From: an uncultured bacterium
GTDB taxonomy: Bacteria > Omnitrophota > Gorgyraeia > Zapsychrales > Aceulaceae
Direction: 5' to 3'
DNA: 64,000 bases
Assembly: GCA_937930175.1 (NCBI GenBank)
Contig: CALGLP010000013.1
Span: 203,764-267,763, forward strand
A program made the translations under genes and the position numbers. Below, piece by piece: positions 49,894 to 59,533 of this stretch. Numbering within the stretch: the stretch's first letter is position 1; each line of letters starts with the position of its first letter. The notes beneath the pieces were generated by a model. That model did not search any database. It was not told the origin of the DNA and saw only the letters and a program-made list of their open reading frames with translations.

Positions 49894-51192
49894 ATGGAAC
49901 AAAAAGCCTTTTCTTTACCTCGAGGAACAGCAGATATTTTGCCAGAAAATATTGCCCAATGGCAGGAGATTGAAGCCAAGGCGCGAGCGATCTTAAAGAA
50001 TTACAATTATCAAGAAATCCGTACCCCGCTTTTTGAGGAAACAGAGCTCTTTGCCAGGTCTATGGGATCGACCAGTGATGTTGTTCAAAAGCAGATGCTG
50101 ACTCTCCAGCCAAACCAGCGCGAAGGTGAGACAGGCCAGTCATCCAAGATGTTTTCTTTAAGGCCTGAAGGCACAGCCTCGGTTGTCCGCGCGTATATTG
50201 AAAATAATTTTGATAAAAAAGAGCCGCTCACAAAACTTTTTTATATGGGCCCGATGTTTCGTGGGGAACGGCCGCAAAAAGGACGTTTACGTCAATTTCA
50301 TCAGATCGGTGTTGAAGCCATTGGCCCAGACAGCGCCTCCCCCTATCTCGACGCTGAAATGATTGGCCTGAGCATTGAACTTTTAAAGGCCTTAGGTGTT
50401 GCGGAATATACGCTTAAGATCAATACCTTGGGTTCTGTCGAGGACAAGAAACGTTTTTCAGAAATGTTGCGCGGCCTTTTGATCAGTGAACAATCGAAGC
50501 TTTGCCCCACATGCCAAGAACGGCTTGAGCGCAATGTTTTTCGCATTTTGGATTGTAAAAACAAAGAATGCCAGGTTGTGGTTCAGGGTCTTGAGCTTGG
50601 AACATCCTTTTTGTCTGAGGACAGTCAGAAATATTACGCTCAAGTTAAAGAAGCCCTTCGCAACTTAAACATCTGTTTTCAAGAAGTCCCAACCCTTGTC
50701 AGGGGTCTAGATTATTATACGCAGACTGTTTTTGAAATAACGAGTGTGAGTTTGGGCAGCCAGGATGCGTTAGGAGCTGGCGGCCGTTACGACGGGCTGA
50801 TTGAAGAGCTTGGGGGCTCAAGCCAGGTCGATGGCATAGGGTTTTCGCTAGGGATCGAGCGGATTATTTTGGCTCAAAAACAATCTCTGGATGTCCAAAA
50901 AGAGCAGGGCATTGATGCCTTTATCGTGACCCTGGATGCGCCGTCTTTTGAGAAAGGATTTGGACTTCTCAATCTGTTGCGACAAAATAATATTGTGAGC
51001 GATATTTGCTATAAAGGATCATCGCTTAAAAGCCAGATGCGCTTAGCCGATAAAATGGCGGCGCGCTATGTCGTGTTGTTGGGTCAAGATGAAATCGCCA
51101 AGGCGGTTGTGACATTAAAGAATATGGCAACAGGGGATCAGGAGCAAATTCCGCTTGATCGCGTTGTCGCTAGGATAAAGGAGTTAGGGTAA
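49894..51192 (+). CDS. hisS: histidyl-tRNA synthetase
   Basis: 432 aa with class II motifs and a HisRS anticodon-binding domain. Confidence 0.95.
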   Translation: MEQKAFSLPRGTADILPENIAQWQEIEAKARAILKNYNYQEIRTPLFEETELFARSMGSTSDVVQKQMLTLQPNQREGETGQSSKMFSLRPEGTASVVRAYIENNFDKKEPLTKLFYMGPMFRGERPQKGRLRQFHQIGVEAIGPDSASPYLDAEMIGLSIELLKALGVAEYTLKINTLGSVEDKKRFSEMLRGLLISEQSKLCPTCQERLERNVFRILDCKNKECQVVVQGLELGTSFLSEDSQKYYAQVKEALRNLNICFQEVPTLVRGLDYYTQTVFEITSVSLGSQDALGAGGRYDGLIEELGGSSQVDGIGFSLGIERIILAQKQSLDVQKEQGIDAFIVTLDAPSFEKGFGLLNLLRQNNIVSDICYKGSSLKSQMRLADKMAARYVVLLGQDEIAKAVVTLKNMATGDQEQIPLDRVVARIKELG

Positions 51193-51334
51193 AGAAATCC
51201 CGTTTTTCGCGATGCGAAAAAGTGGAATTTATTAAAATCATTTGCTCCGCAGCTTTCGTTTTGTGTAAGGCTTGCGGAGTAAATTCGCACAGCTAACTTA
51301 TGTTCGCTGCGCTTCATAAGATAGGTGCTCATTT

Positions 51335-52735
51335 ATGCTAAGAACACATACATGCGGAGAGTTAAATAAAACATACAAGGATCAAGAGGTAGTGCTTTGC
51401 GGTTGGGTGCACAAGCGTCGGGATCACGGTAAGCTGATTTTTATTGATATCCGTGATCGTTATGGCATTACACAGGTAGTTTTTGTTCCGTCGGTGAGTA
51501 AAGAGGCGCACACCGTTGCCCAACAGCTAGGGCCTGAATTTGTTGTACGGATCACCGGCAAGGTCAATGTCCGTCCGGATAAAAATGCAAATCCCGATGT
51601 TGCCACGGGCGATATTGAGCTTTGCGCAACGGGGCTTGAAATTCTCAATCCTTCGGAAGTCCCTGTTTTTGAAATTGATGATGCGGCGGCACAGCCATCG
51701 GAAGAGCTTCGCTTAGCGTATCGGTATTTGGATTTGCGTAAACAAAAAGTTTTAAACGCCTTGCGTGTTCGTCACCAGCTTTGTGCATGCATTCGCGAGT
51801 TTCTGAATGCGCAAAATTTTACTGAAATTGAAACGCCGGTGCTCACGAAATCAACGCCTGAAGGGGCTCGAGATTTTCTTGTTCCTTCGCGCTTAAGCCC
51901 GGGAGAGTTTTTTGCCTTGCCACAATCGCCACAGTTATTCAAGCAGATTTTGATGGTGTCGGGGCTTGATAAATATTATCAAATTGTTAAATGTTTTCGC
52001 GATGAAGATTTGCGTGCGGATCGTCAGCCGGAATTTACACAGCTCGATATGGAGATGTCCTTTGTCGAGGAAGAGGACGTGTTTAGCTTGACGGAGGGAT
52101 TATTCCAGAAGATTTTCAAAGAGATTAAGGGCATCGACCTTCCTATTCCATTTCCGCGTATGACCCATGCCCAGGCCATGGCACAATACAAAACAGATAA
52201 GCCTGACATTCGCAAGAATAAGGAGGAGTTTTCTTTTCTTTGGGTTGTGGATTTCCCCTTATTCAAATATAATGAGGAAGAAAAACGTTGGGAGAGCGAA
52301 CACCATCCCTTTACCTCGTTTCGTGCTGAAGACGCACAGTTTATGGAGACAAAAGAATTTGATAAGATTCGTTCACGCTCTTATGATCTTGTCTTAAACG
52401 GAAATGAGATTGGCAGTGGATCGATACGTATTCATAAACAAGATGTACAAAAGAAAATCTTTGATATAATAGGTTTTGATGAGCAAGAAGCGGAACGGCG
52501 ATTTGGATTTTTGCTCAAGGCTTTTCGGTACGGAGCCCCGCCTCACGCCGGCGTAGCCTATGGGATTGATCGGTTGGTGACGATTCTTTTAGGATTGGAA
52601 TCGATTCGTGACGTGATCGCGTTTCCTAAGACACAAAAAGGAAGCTGTCTTTTGACCGAGGCTCCAGCGCATGTGGATCAAAAACAATTAAAAGAACTAG
52701 GAATCATGGTGATTAACAAAGGAGGAGCGTCATGA
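51335..52735 (+). CDS. aspS: aspartyl-tRNA synthetase, type 2 (archaeal/eukaryotic-like short form)
   Basis: 466 aa versus about 590 for bacterial-type AspRS. There is no GAD insertion between class II motifs 2 and 3. OB anticodon domain at the N-terminus. Confidence 0.9.
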   Translation: MLRTHTCGELNKTYKDQEVVLCGWVHKRRDHGKLIFIDIRDRYGITQVVFVPSVSKEAHTVAQQLGPEFVVRITGKVNVRPDKNANPDVATGDIELCATGLEILNPSEVPVFEIDDAAAQPSEELRLAYRYLDLRKQKVLNALRVRHQLCACIREFLNAQNFTEIETPVLTKSTPEGARDFLVPSRLSPGEFFALPQSPQLFKQILMVSGLDKYYQIVKCFRDEDLRADRQPEFTQLDMEMSFVEEEDVFSLTEGLFQKIFKEIKGIDLPIPFPRMTHAQAMAQYKTDKPDIRKNKEEFSFLWVVDFPLFKYNEEEKRWESEHHPFTSFRAEDAQFMETKEFDKIRSRSYDLVLNGNEIGSGSIRIHKQDVQKKIFDIIGFDEQEAERRFGFLLKAFRYGAPPHAGVAYGIDRLVTILLGLESIRDVIAFPKTQKGSCLLTEAPAHVDQKQLKELGIMVINKGGAS

Positions 52736-53256
52736 AGGGTGTTATCAAAGGGGTAGGGCTTGTTTTAGCTGTACTTTTTATGTCAAGCTGTGTGACGAGA
52801 ACCTATGTGCAGGATAAAGGGCGCGTGGATCAAGAGATGATGGGTAATGGTGGATGTATTCAAGGGACGTGTCCTCAGGTTGATCGTAGTAAGTTTCAGA
52901 AAACGCGAAAAACCTATGTCCTCGAAGTGACCACAGGACCAAAAACGATCAAAGCGGCTCCATCGTCTGAATCTATGTCGATGGATTCTTCAGAAGAGTA
53001 CGTGACTCCGGCTCGAACAACCAATTTTGCAAAGACCAGAAGCCTTTCCACGGAAACAGTGATTGCTCAGGAAGCCGCTGTTGAGCCAACGTTTGCGGAA
53101 TATAAGATTGAAGAAGGCGATACGCTTCAGAAGATTTCCAAGAAGTTTTATAATACTGTTCGCCGCTGGAATGACATTTATGAGGCTAACCGAGATGTCC
53201 TTTCCTCGCCGGATCGTATCAAGCCTGGAAAAGTCATCCGAATTCCACAGAATTAA
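52732..53256 (+). CDS. secreted LysM-domain protein
   Basis: Signal peptide/lipobox-like SSC, and a C-terminal LysM (YKIEEGDTLQKISKKFYN...WNDIYEAN). Confidence 0.6.
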   Translation: MKGVIKGVGLVLAVLFMSSCVTRTYVQDKGRVDQEMMGNGGCIQGTCPQVDRSKFQKTRKTYVLEVTTGPKTIKAAPSSESMSMDSSEEYVTPARTTNFAKTRSLSTETVIAQEAAVEPTFAEYKIEEGDTLQKISKKFYNTVRRWNDIYEANRDVLSSPDRIKPGKVIRIPQN

Positions 53257-53265
53257 TCGAGCTTT

Positions 53266-54219
53266 ATGGAAAAAATCATCACACTCACAAGTAATCATGA
53301 TCTCCAACTTATTTTTGGTAAGCATGATCAAAACTTGAAATTGATTGAAAGCGAGCTGGGGATCCAGATCTTTCGCGTTCAAGAAGGCTTACGTGTTGTA
53401 GGCAATGAAGAAAAAATTCATAGGGCGTCTGGTTTGCTAGAATATCTTGCGGGTTTTGTGGAGAACGGCCAGGAGGTTAAGCGCTATGATATTATTTACG
53501 CTTTAAAACTTGCTGAACCTAGCCAGGGAGTTGATTTTCAGCGGTTATCCAAGCGTAAGATCCCTGTAGCTGCCAAAAAGGGATCCGTGGTGACCCCTAA
53601 GACCAAGGGACAGGTGGAATATGTTGAAATGATTAAGCAACACGATATTGTTTTTGGGATCGGTCCTGCGGGAACAGGAAAAACGTATCTCGCCATGGCT
53701 ATGGCCGTCAATGCCCTTCAAAAAGGCCTTGTGCGCCGTATTATTTTGACCAGGCCTGCGATCGAGGCAGGGGAAAGCCTTGGTTTCTTGCCCGGGGATA
53801 TGGTGGAAAAAGTTTCTCCGTATCTTCGTCCTTTATACGATGCGCTCTACGACATGATCGAGGCAGAGCGCGTGGAGCAATACGCGGAAAAAGGGATCAT
53901 TGAAGTCGCCCCCCTTGCCTTTATGCGTGGACGAACGCTTAACGATGCCTTTGTCATTCTTGATGAGGCGCAAAATTGCACCTCGGATCAGATGAAAATG
54001 TTTCTTACTCGCCTGGGTTTTGATTCGAAGGCTGTGATTACCGGGGATGTGACGCAAAGCGATCTCCCTTCTGGTGAAGAGCCAGGGTTGGTATCGGCGC
54101 AACGCATTTTAAAGAATGTTGAAGGTATTAAATTTGCTTATTTGACCGGTGAAGATGTTGTTCGCCATGAATTGGTCCAGCGGATTATTGAGGCCTATGA
54201 AAAGTCCAATTCTAAATAA
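53266..54219 (+). CDS. phoH: PhoH-like ATPase
   Basis: Walker A GPAGTGKT, 317 aa, with an N-terminal KH-like region. Confidence 0.9.
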   Translation: MEKIITLTSNHDLQLIFGKHDQNLKLIESELGIQIFRVQEGLRVVGNEEKIHRASGLLEYLAGFVENGQEVKRYDIIYALKLAEPSQGVDFQRLSKRKIPVAAKKGSVVTPKTKGQVEYVEMIKQHDIVFGIGPAGTGKTYLAMAMAVNALQKGLVRRIILTRPAIEAGESLGFLPGDMVEKVSPYLRPLYDALYDMIEAERVEQYAEKGIIEVAPLAFMRGRTLNDAFVILDEAQNCTSDQMKMFLTRLGFDSKAVITGDVTQSDLPSGEEPGLVSAQRILKNVEGIKFAYLTGEDVVRHELVQRIIEAYEKSNSK

Positions 54220-55639
54220 CTTTCGCTTGACTCATTTTTCTCTGGTTGCTTTTGTTTTTCTCGCGCTGGGGTTTTTTTGTTATGGCGCAAACCTGTCTTT
54301 AAGCATTCCTCTTTTTCTTGTCCTCATCGGGTTTTATCTTTGGTATCAGAAACGTGCTAGCCGCACAGTTTTGCTCAACTTAGGACTGCTGTTGGCTTTG
54401 ATCGTTTTTGTTTCTTATACCTTTATCAAATATGTTCCTTTTTTTCATTTGCTTATTCCAGTTTCTGCGATAGGGCTTCTTGTCATCCTTTTATACAATG
54501 ATTTGCAGCTGGCCTTTCTTGCGTCTTTTGTGGCGAGTGTTTTAGTCGGGTTTATTCTTGGCAATCGTTTTGATCTGATGATCGTGTATTTTCTTGGAAG
54601 TTTGGTTGGCGCTTTTTCTGTCAAAGAGGCCAGGACGAGGGGTCAGCTCATTAATGCCGCCTTTATGATCAGCCTTGTTCAGGTTTTTTCTATTGTCCTT
54701 TTTAATCCTTATCCTGCGTTTCTTTTAAGCAGAAATTTTTTGTTTAATTATTTCTGGCCTTTAGTCTTGAATGGCTTTTTCTCCGCCGTGATCGTTATGG
54801 CGACATTGAAAGTTTTTGAATATCTTTTTGGCGTGGTGACTAATTTTAGCCTTTTGGAACTCTCAGATTTTAATCATCCCTTGCTTAAAAAAATGATCTT
54901 GGAGGCCCCGGGAACGTATCATCACAGTTTATTTGTCGGTAATTTGGCGGAAGCCGCTGCCGACACCGTTGGCGCCAACACGCTTTTGTGTCGCGTGGGA
55001 GCGTATTATCATGATATTGGTAAGATTGATAAACCGGAATATTTTACGGAGAACCAAATTTTTGAAGCCAATAAGCATGATACCTTGGAGCCCACCATGA
55101 GCCGTTTGGTGATTTTTAATCATGTCAAAAATGGCGTGGAGATGTCCAAGCAGTACCATTTGCACCCGGTCATTGTTGATTTTATTGAAGGTCATCATGG
55201 AAAAAGTTTGATGCACTATTTCTATCAGAAGGCTGTGTCTGAGGCTCAAGAAGGGGAGATCGTGGATGAGCAGACGTTTCGTTATCCTGGGCCCAAGCCT
55301 CAAACACGGGAAGTCGCCATTGTGATGCTCGCTGACTCTGTGGAGGGAGCCTGCCGTGCCTTGGAGGATCCCACGCCTTCGCGCATCGATGAATTGGTGC
55401 GTAAAATTATTAATAATAAATTTATTGATGGCCAGCTTGATGAATGCGCTCTGACACTTAAGGATCTTGAGCTCATTGGGATGACATTCACGCGTGTCTT
55501 AAGTGCGATGTATCACACGCGGACCAAATATCCTGAAAAGAAAAATGACAATACAAATCGACGTTCAAAACCTTCAGAAGCAAATTCTTCTAAGGCCCAG
55601 CCAGATCATCTCAACGGCCGAAAAAATACTTCATCATGA
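54197..55639 (+). CDS. 7TM receptor with intracellular HD hydrolase domain (7TMR-HD / YqfF-like)
   Basis: Seven TM helices and a C-terminal HD domain (HHSLFVGNLAEAAA...YHDIGK). Start taken at MKSPILNNF; the conserved order phoH-HD-ybeY supports the assignment. Confidence 0.75.
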   Translation: MKSPILNNFRLTHFSLVAFVFLALGFFCYGANLSLSIPLFLVLIGFYLWYQKRASRTVLLNLGLLLALIVFVSYTFIKYVPFFHLLIPVSAIGLLVILLYNDLQLAFLASFVASVLVGFILGNRFDLMIVYFLGSLVGAFSVKEARTRGQLINAAFMISLVQVFSIVLFNPYPAFLLSRNFLFNYFWPLVLNGFFSAVIVMATLKVFEYLFGVVTNFSLLELSDFNHPLLKKMILEAPGTYHHSLFVGNLAEAAADTVGANTLLCRVGAYYHDIGKIDKPEYFTENQIFEANKHDTLEPTMSRLVIFNHVKNGVEMSKQYHLHPVIVDFIEGHHGKSLMHYFYQKAVSEAQEGEIVDEQTFRYPGPKPQTREVAIVMLADSVEGACRALEDPTPSRIDELVRKIINNKFIDGQLDECALTLKDLELIGMTFTRVLSAMYHTRTKYPEKKNDNTNRRSKPSEANSSKAQPDHLNGRKNTSS

Positions 55640-55991
55640 GCGTGTTTCTAACGCGCAGTTGTCCGTTGTTTTTGTGACGGATCAGCGGATGAAGTTTCTT
55701 AATAAGACCTATCTTCATCATGCCTATACCACAGATGTTTTGGCTTTTGATTTCTTAGATCCCACGAAGAAAAGACTGCCGTTAAGAGATGTGAACGGTG
55801 AGATTGTTATTTCTACTGGTGCAGTTTGTCGTCAGGCCAAGATATTCAACACGACCCTCAAGCGCGAACTTTTGCTTTATGTGATTCACGGCATTCTTCA
55901 TCTCTTAGGCTTTGATGATCATCGCCCTTGCGACATCACGAGGATGAGAAGGAAAGAAGAGCAGTTGATGGAATTAATAAAAACAAAATGA
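55545..55991 (+). CDS. ybeY: rRNA maturation endoribonuclease YbeY
   Basis: HGILHLLGFDDH zinc motif. Start at MTIQIDVQNL, 95 nt inside the upstream gene. Confidence 0.8.
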   Translation: MTIQIDVQNLQKQILLRPSQIISTAEKILHHERVSNAQLSVVFVTDQRMKFLNKTYLHHAYTTDVLAFDFLDPTKKRLPLRDVNGEIVISTGAVCRQAKIFNTTLKRELLLYVIHGILHLLGFDDHRPCDITRMRRKEEQLMELIKTK

Positions 55992-56124
55992 CCCATGACC
56001 AAGCCTTAATGTCGAATGAAATTCCAATGACTAAAAGATTTATTGATGCATTCGGATTTGGAGCATTGATTCGTCATTAGGATTTGGACATTGCTTTATT
56101 CATCTTTCTTTAAAATTTCTTATT

Positions 56125-56862
56125 ATGATTCTCCAAACCCAGGCCATCGTCTTAAAGCGTTTTGATTTTCGTGAAACCAGTCGGATCGTTACCTTTTTTA
56201 CCCGTGATCATGGTAAGGTCAAAGGCGTTTTAAAGGGGATTCGCAAGGATCATAAGAAATTTGGCAGCAGCGTCGATCAGTTTTCTGTTAATCATCTTGT
56301 TTATTACAGTCATCGCGAGTCGGATTTGCATCTTGTGGGCCAATGCGATTTGAAGGCTTTCTTTTTTAAGATTCGCCAAGACGTCAAGCGTACCCTGGCC
56401 GCGAGCTATGCCTTGGAACTTGTCGATGCGATCATGCCGACCGAGGAGAAAAACACCGAGATCTATGATCTTTTGATCGCGTATTTGACTGCTTTGGAAG
56501 ATACCGACGATGTGAGTAAACTCGTGCACGTTTTCCAAATCAAGATTCTTTTGTTGTCAGGGTTTCGCCCTTTTCTTGATTCGTGCGTGGTGTGTCAAAA
56601 GAAGATTTCGCCCAAGATGCAATTTAGCATGAAATTAGGTGGGCTCTTGTGTGCGGATTGTCGGGTCAATGACCGCACAGCCACAGCAATTTCTCAGGGA
56701 ACGATTGCCTCGCTTGTGCATATTGAACGCAATACCTGGGAGCATGTGCTTAGGCTTAAATTGACAGCCCTTTCCCAAAAAGAATTAAAATATATCCTCA
56801 ATAATTTCCTTGTGTATCATCTCGAGCGTCATCTCAAGGCGACAAGATTTTTAAGCGCATAA
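56125..56862 (+). CDS. recO: DNA repair protein RecO
   Basis: OB-fold N-terminus (QAIVLKRFDFRETSRIV) and a C-terminal C-x2-C...C-x2-C zinc finger. Confidence 0.85.
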   Translation: MILQTQAIVLKRFDFRETSRIVTFFTRDHGKVKGVLKGIRKDHKKFGSSVDQFSVNHLVYYSHRESDLHLVGQCDLKAFFFKIRQDVKRTLAASYALELVDAIMPTEEKNTEIYDLLIAYLTALEDTDDVSKLVHVFQIKILLLSGFRPFLDSCVVCQKKISPKMQFSMKLGGLLCADCRVNDRTATAISQGTIASLVHIERNTWEHVLRLKLTALSQKELKYILNNFLVYHLERHLKATRFLSA

Positions 56863-57042
56863 ATAAAAGATAAAGGTGTGAGTTGATAGCGCTTCGTATC
56901 TGGTATCTCGTCGTTAGTTTTTAGCAAGAAGGCTGGAAAAAGATTTCAACAAAAGAATATGATTGTTTTCTCCACAATCCTTTTCTTTTAAAGCTCTCCT
57001 TCCTAGCTCTTCTCTTTTTCACTAAATGCTATTTACTAGATG

Positions 57043-59247
57043 CTAACTACTTTTAATTATTTTCTTTATTTGTTCTAAAATATCTTTGGCAAGGGATTTG
57101 CCGATTTGAGGGACTTGGGAGAGATCATCGATGGGTGTGAGGCGGAAATCGGTCAGACGTTTAAAGCCTTTGTCAAAAAGATGGCGCGCGCGGATACGGC
57201 CAACGCCTTTGAGCAAGACAAGCTCCAGGAGCTCAGCCTGAATGCCGTAATGGACGCGTGTTTTGAGATCATCCGCCACAAAGATTAAGCGTTTAAATTT
57301 GAAAAGTTCCGCGATGACGGAGGTCGCGTAGAGGATCCACTGGGCGGCTTCGACGTGCCGATGGATATCGCCGGGGCCAACATTAAAGCGGTCACAGAGA
57401 TTTTCTTCCCGTTCTTCCTCGATCCATTGGCTGAGCATCCAGGTTGTTTTAAGGACGCTTAACTGAAAAAACACATCTTCAAGCTCTGCAACATCATTTT
57501 GATTGACGATAAATTCTTCCTGAAAACTTGCGGCAAAGGTTTGAAGTTCGTCATAATCGCTTTTGGTAATACTGCGAAGCCGTTCCATATCCGGCGTGCA
57601 GGAAATAAGATGCAAGAGCCCTGTTGTGGTAAAAGGCGCGCCGTGATGCGCCTTGGCGAGACCCATGTGCAGCATGATGCCGGTTAAGGGATCGATGTAA
57701 AGACGGCTTACGCATTGGCCAAAAGTGGTGGCGAAATAGCGAAACCCGCTTTTTTCAATGAGTCCATGTTTTTCAAGAAAGGTAAAAATATTGCTGATGA
57801 TCTCGATTAAATTTGGTGTTAGTTTTTGGTGTGCCAAGAATGTATGAGAAATAAACTCAAACATGCTGTTGATGTCATGCACATGGCCTGAGGCGAGCGC
57901 CGCCAAGACATGGATACGCAGAACAGATTCATTACCCAGTTTTGAGATGACAGGCTCTGCCTTGGCTTCGATATAATGTTCAAAGAAGAAGCGTGCCTCA
58001 GAAAAGGATTTGGCGATCATGACCGCCTCGCCAAAATCATCGTAGCCGGGACGACCAGCGCGTCCTGCGCATTGTTTGTATTCGGAGGTGGGGATATATG
58101 CGGCTCCTGTGCCTGCTTCGTAACGCTTGGAGTCTCTTACGATCGCGCGTCTCGCCGGAAGATTAACCCCTGCGGCCAAGGTTGGCGTGGAACAAATCAC
58201 ACGGATAAGGTTGGAACGAAAAGAATCTTCAATGAGTTTTCGCTGTTGAGGGCGCAGCCCAGCGTGATGAAAGGCCACGCCTTGTTTAACAACATTGGCC
58301 AGTTTGTGGCAGATTTTGGTTGTTTCGCCAGAGCCTTTGAGCATCTCTTGAGATAGAAGGGTGAGTTGTCTTTTTTCCTGTGGGCTTAAGAGCGGCCCAA
58401 CCTCGTGACACAACAAAAGGCTCGAGGCCTGGGCAGAGCGTCGGCTGTTGACAAAGACAAGGACTTGTCCTTTGCCGCGCAAGGTGTCGATGACAAGTTT
58501 GCTCAAATCGTCGGGGGGCTCCTCGCTGATTTTTTTTATTCCAAAGCCGTCAAATTTGATTTCTTCATTAAAATAAACTCCCTCGCGCAAGGGGATCGGC
58601 CGCCACGTGCTTTCCACACACTCAGCCTTAAGCCAGGCAGCCATCTCTTTGGCATTACTGACGGTGGCGCTTAAGGCGACGATCTGAATGTTGGGATTGA
58701 GCTGTTTAATGCGCGCGGTGAGGATCTCAAGGGTCGGCCCACGTGAGCCATCATTGATAAAATGAATTTCATCTAAGACAACAACCGATAAGCTATCAAT
58801 GAGCCATTTGGCGCGTGAGCGCAAAAGCGAGTCAACTTTTTCCGCTGTGGCGATCAAGATTTGATAGCGATTAAGATTGCGGCTGGGGCTGTCTAGGTCG
58901 CCGGTGGCGATCCCTATTTTGATGCCGAGGGGTTCGTATTTTTTTTGAAAGTCCTGATATTTTTCGCTAGCTAAGGCTTTCAAGGGGGCAATATAAAGGC
59001 ATCGACCCGAAGATTGCAAAACAGCTTTGATCATGCAGAGCTCGGCGATAAATGTTTTTCCTGCGGCTGTGGGAATCGCCAAGAGAAGGTTTTTGTTGTC
59101 GAGCGCGCCAGCCTTGATGGCGTCTTCTTGCGGAGGAAAAAAAGTTTTCATCGTGCCTGAGGTGGCGGCTTGGATAGCCTCCTCGGAGAATTTGTGCTTG
59201 ATCAGGGTTTTGCGGATGTCCATCATAAGGAGCACTACTTGTAACAT
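57043..59247 (-). CDS. Hel308/Ski2-like superfamily 2 DNA helicase with C-terminal HhH domain
   Basis: Motif I AIPTAAGKT, motif II VVLDEIHFI, motif III SAT, motif VI QCAGRAGRPG. Winged-helix and ratchet regions, and a terminal helix-hairpin-helix (LLKGVGRIRARHLFDKGFKRLTDF). 734 aa. Confidence 0.8.
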   Translation of the reverse strand: MLQVVLLMMDIRKTLIKHKFSEEAIQAATSGTMKTFFPPQEDAIKAGALDNKNLLLAIPTAAGKTFIAELCMIKAVLQSSGRCLYIAPLKALASEKYQDFQKKYEPLGIKIGIATGDLDSPSRNLNRYQILIATAEKVDSLLRSRAKWLIDSLSVVVLDEIHFINDGSRGPTLEILTARIKQLNPNIQIVALSATVSNAKEMAAWLKAECVESTWRPIPLREGVYFNEEIKFDGFGIKKISEEPPDDLSKLVIDTLRGKGQVLVFVNSRRSAQASSLLLCHEVGPLLSPQEKRQLTLLSQEMLKGSGETTKICHKLANVVKQGVAFHHAGLRPQQRKLIEDSFRSNLIRVICSTPTLAAGVNLPARRAIVRDSKRYEAGTGAAYIPTSEYKQCAGRAGRPGYDDFGEAVMIAKSFSEARFFFEHYIEAKAEPVISKLGNESVLRIHVLAALASGHVHDINSMFEFISHTFLAHQKLTPNLIEIISNIFTFLEKHGLIEKSGFRYFATTFGQCVSRLYIDPLTGIMLHMGLAKAHHGAPFTTTGLLHLISCTPDMERLRSITKSDYDELQTFAASFQEEFIVNQNDVAELEDVFFQLSVLKTTWMLSQWIEEEREENLCDRFNVGPGDIHRHVEAAQWILYATSVIAELFKFKRLIFVADDLKTRVHYGIQAELLELVLLKGVGRIRARHLFDKGFKRLTDFRLTPIDDLSQVPQIGKSLAKDILEQIKKIIKSS

Positions 59248-59365
59248 AAAAGGTTTTGGGCTTCAACTAAAAGTTTGTCTTGTTGTAATTAGAATGCGCG
59301 CTTGGCTAAGGTGTGCTAGCATTATTTATTTGTGAGATTGCCTTCCTTTTATAGGATGTTTGTTT

Positions 59366-59481
59366 GAGGCGTGCTGCCATTGCCCTTCGCTCAGACATCG
59401 CAGTCCCGATTTTATTTCAATTTAGTATTAATGAGAAATCGGGTCTGCAGAACTCGCGAGAGGACAATGTCAGCACGCCTT
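59366..59481 (+). ncRNA. structured intergenic element (candidate small RNA / regulatory structure)
   Basis: Outer 10-11-bp stem GAGGCGTGCTG/CAGCACGCCT(T) encloses an 8-bp hairpin CCCGATTT/AAATCGGG and a palindromic CTCGCGAG segment. A U-rich tail follows on the + strand. Confidence 0.3.
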
Positions 59482-59504
59482 TTAATTCGGCTTTTTTTCT
59501 TATA

Positions 59505-59533
59505 TTGACCTTACTTGCTGGGTCATTTATACT
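59505..59533 (+). promoter_or_regulatory. candidate sigma70 promoter of dtd
   Basis: TTGACC-17 nt-TATACT, about 30 nt upstream of the dtd ATG. Confidence 0.4.

Noticed and set aside
51193-51334. Possible T-box riboswitch upstream of aspS
   Set aside because: The leader is only about 140 nt and lacks the conserved T-box sequence (AATTAGGGTGGNACCGCG) and the specifier/antiterminator architecture. Only simple hairpins are present.
59366-59481. SRP RNA / 6S RNA / tmRNA identity for the structured element
   Set aside because: No SRP domain IV consensus (GGAA tetraloop flanked by the AGGUCAGG/CCGGAAGG context), no 6S central bubble of appropriate size, and far too short for tmRNA.
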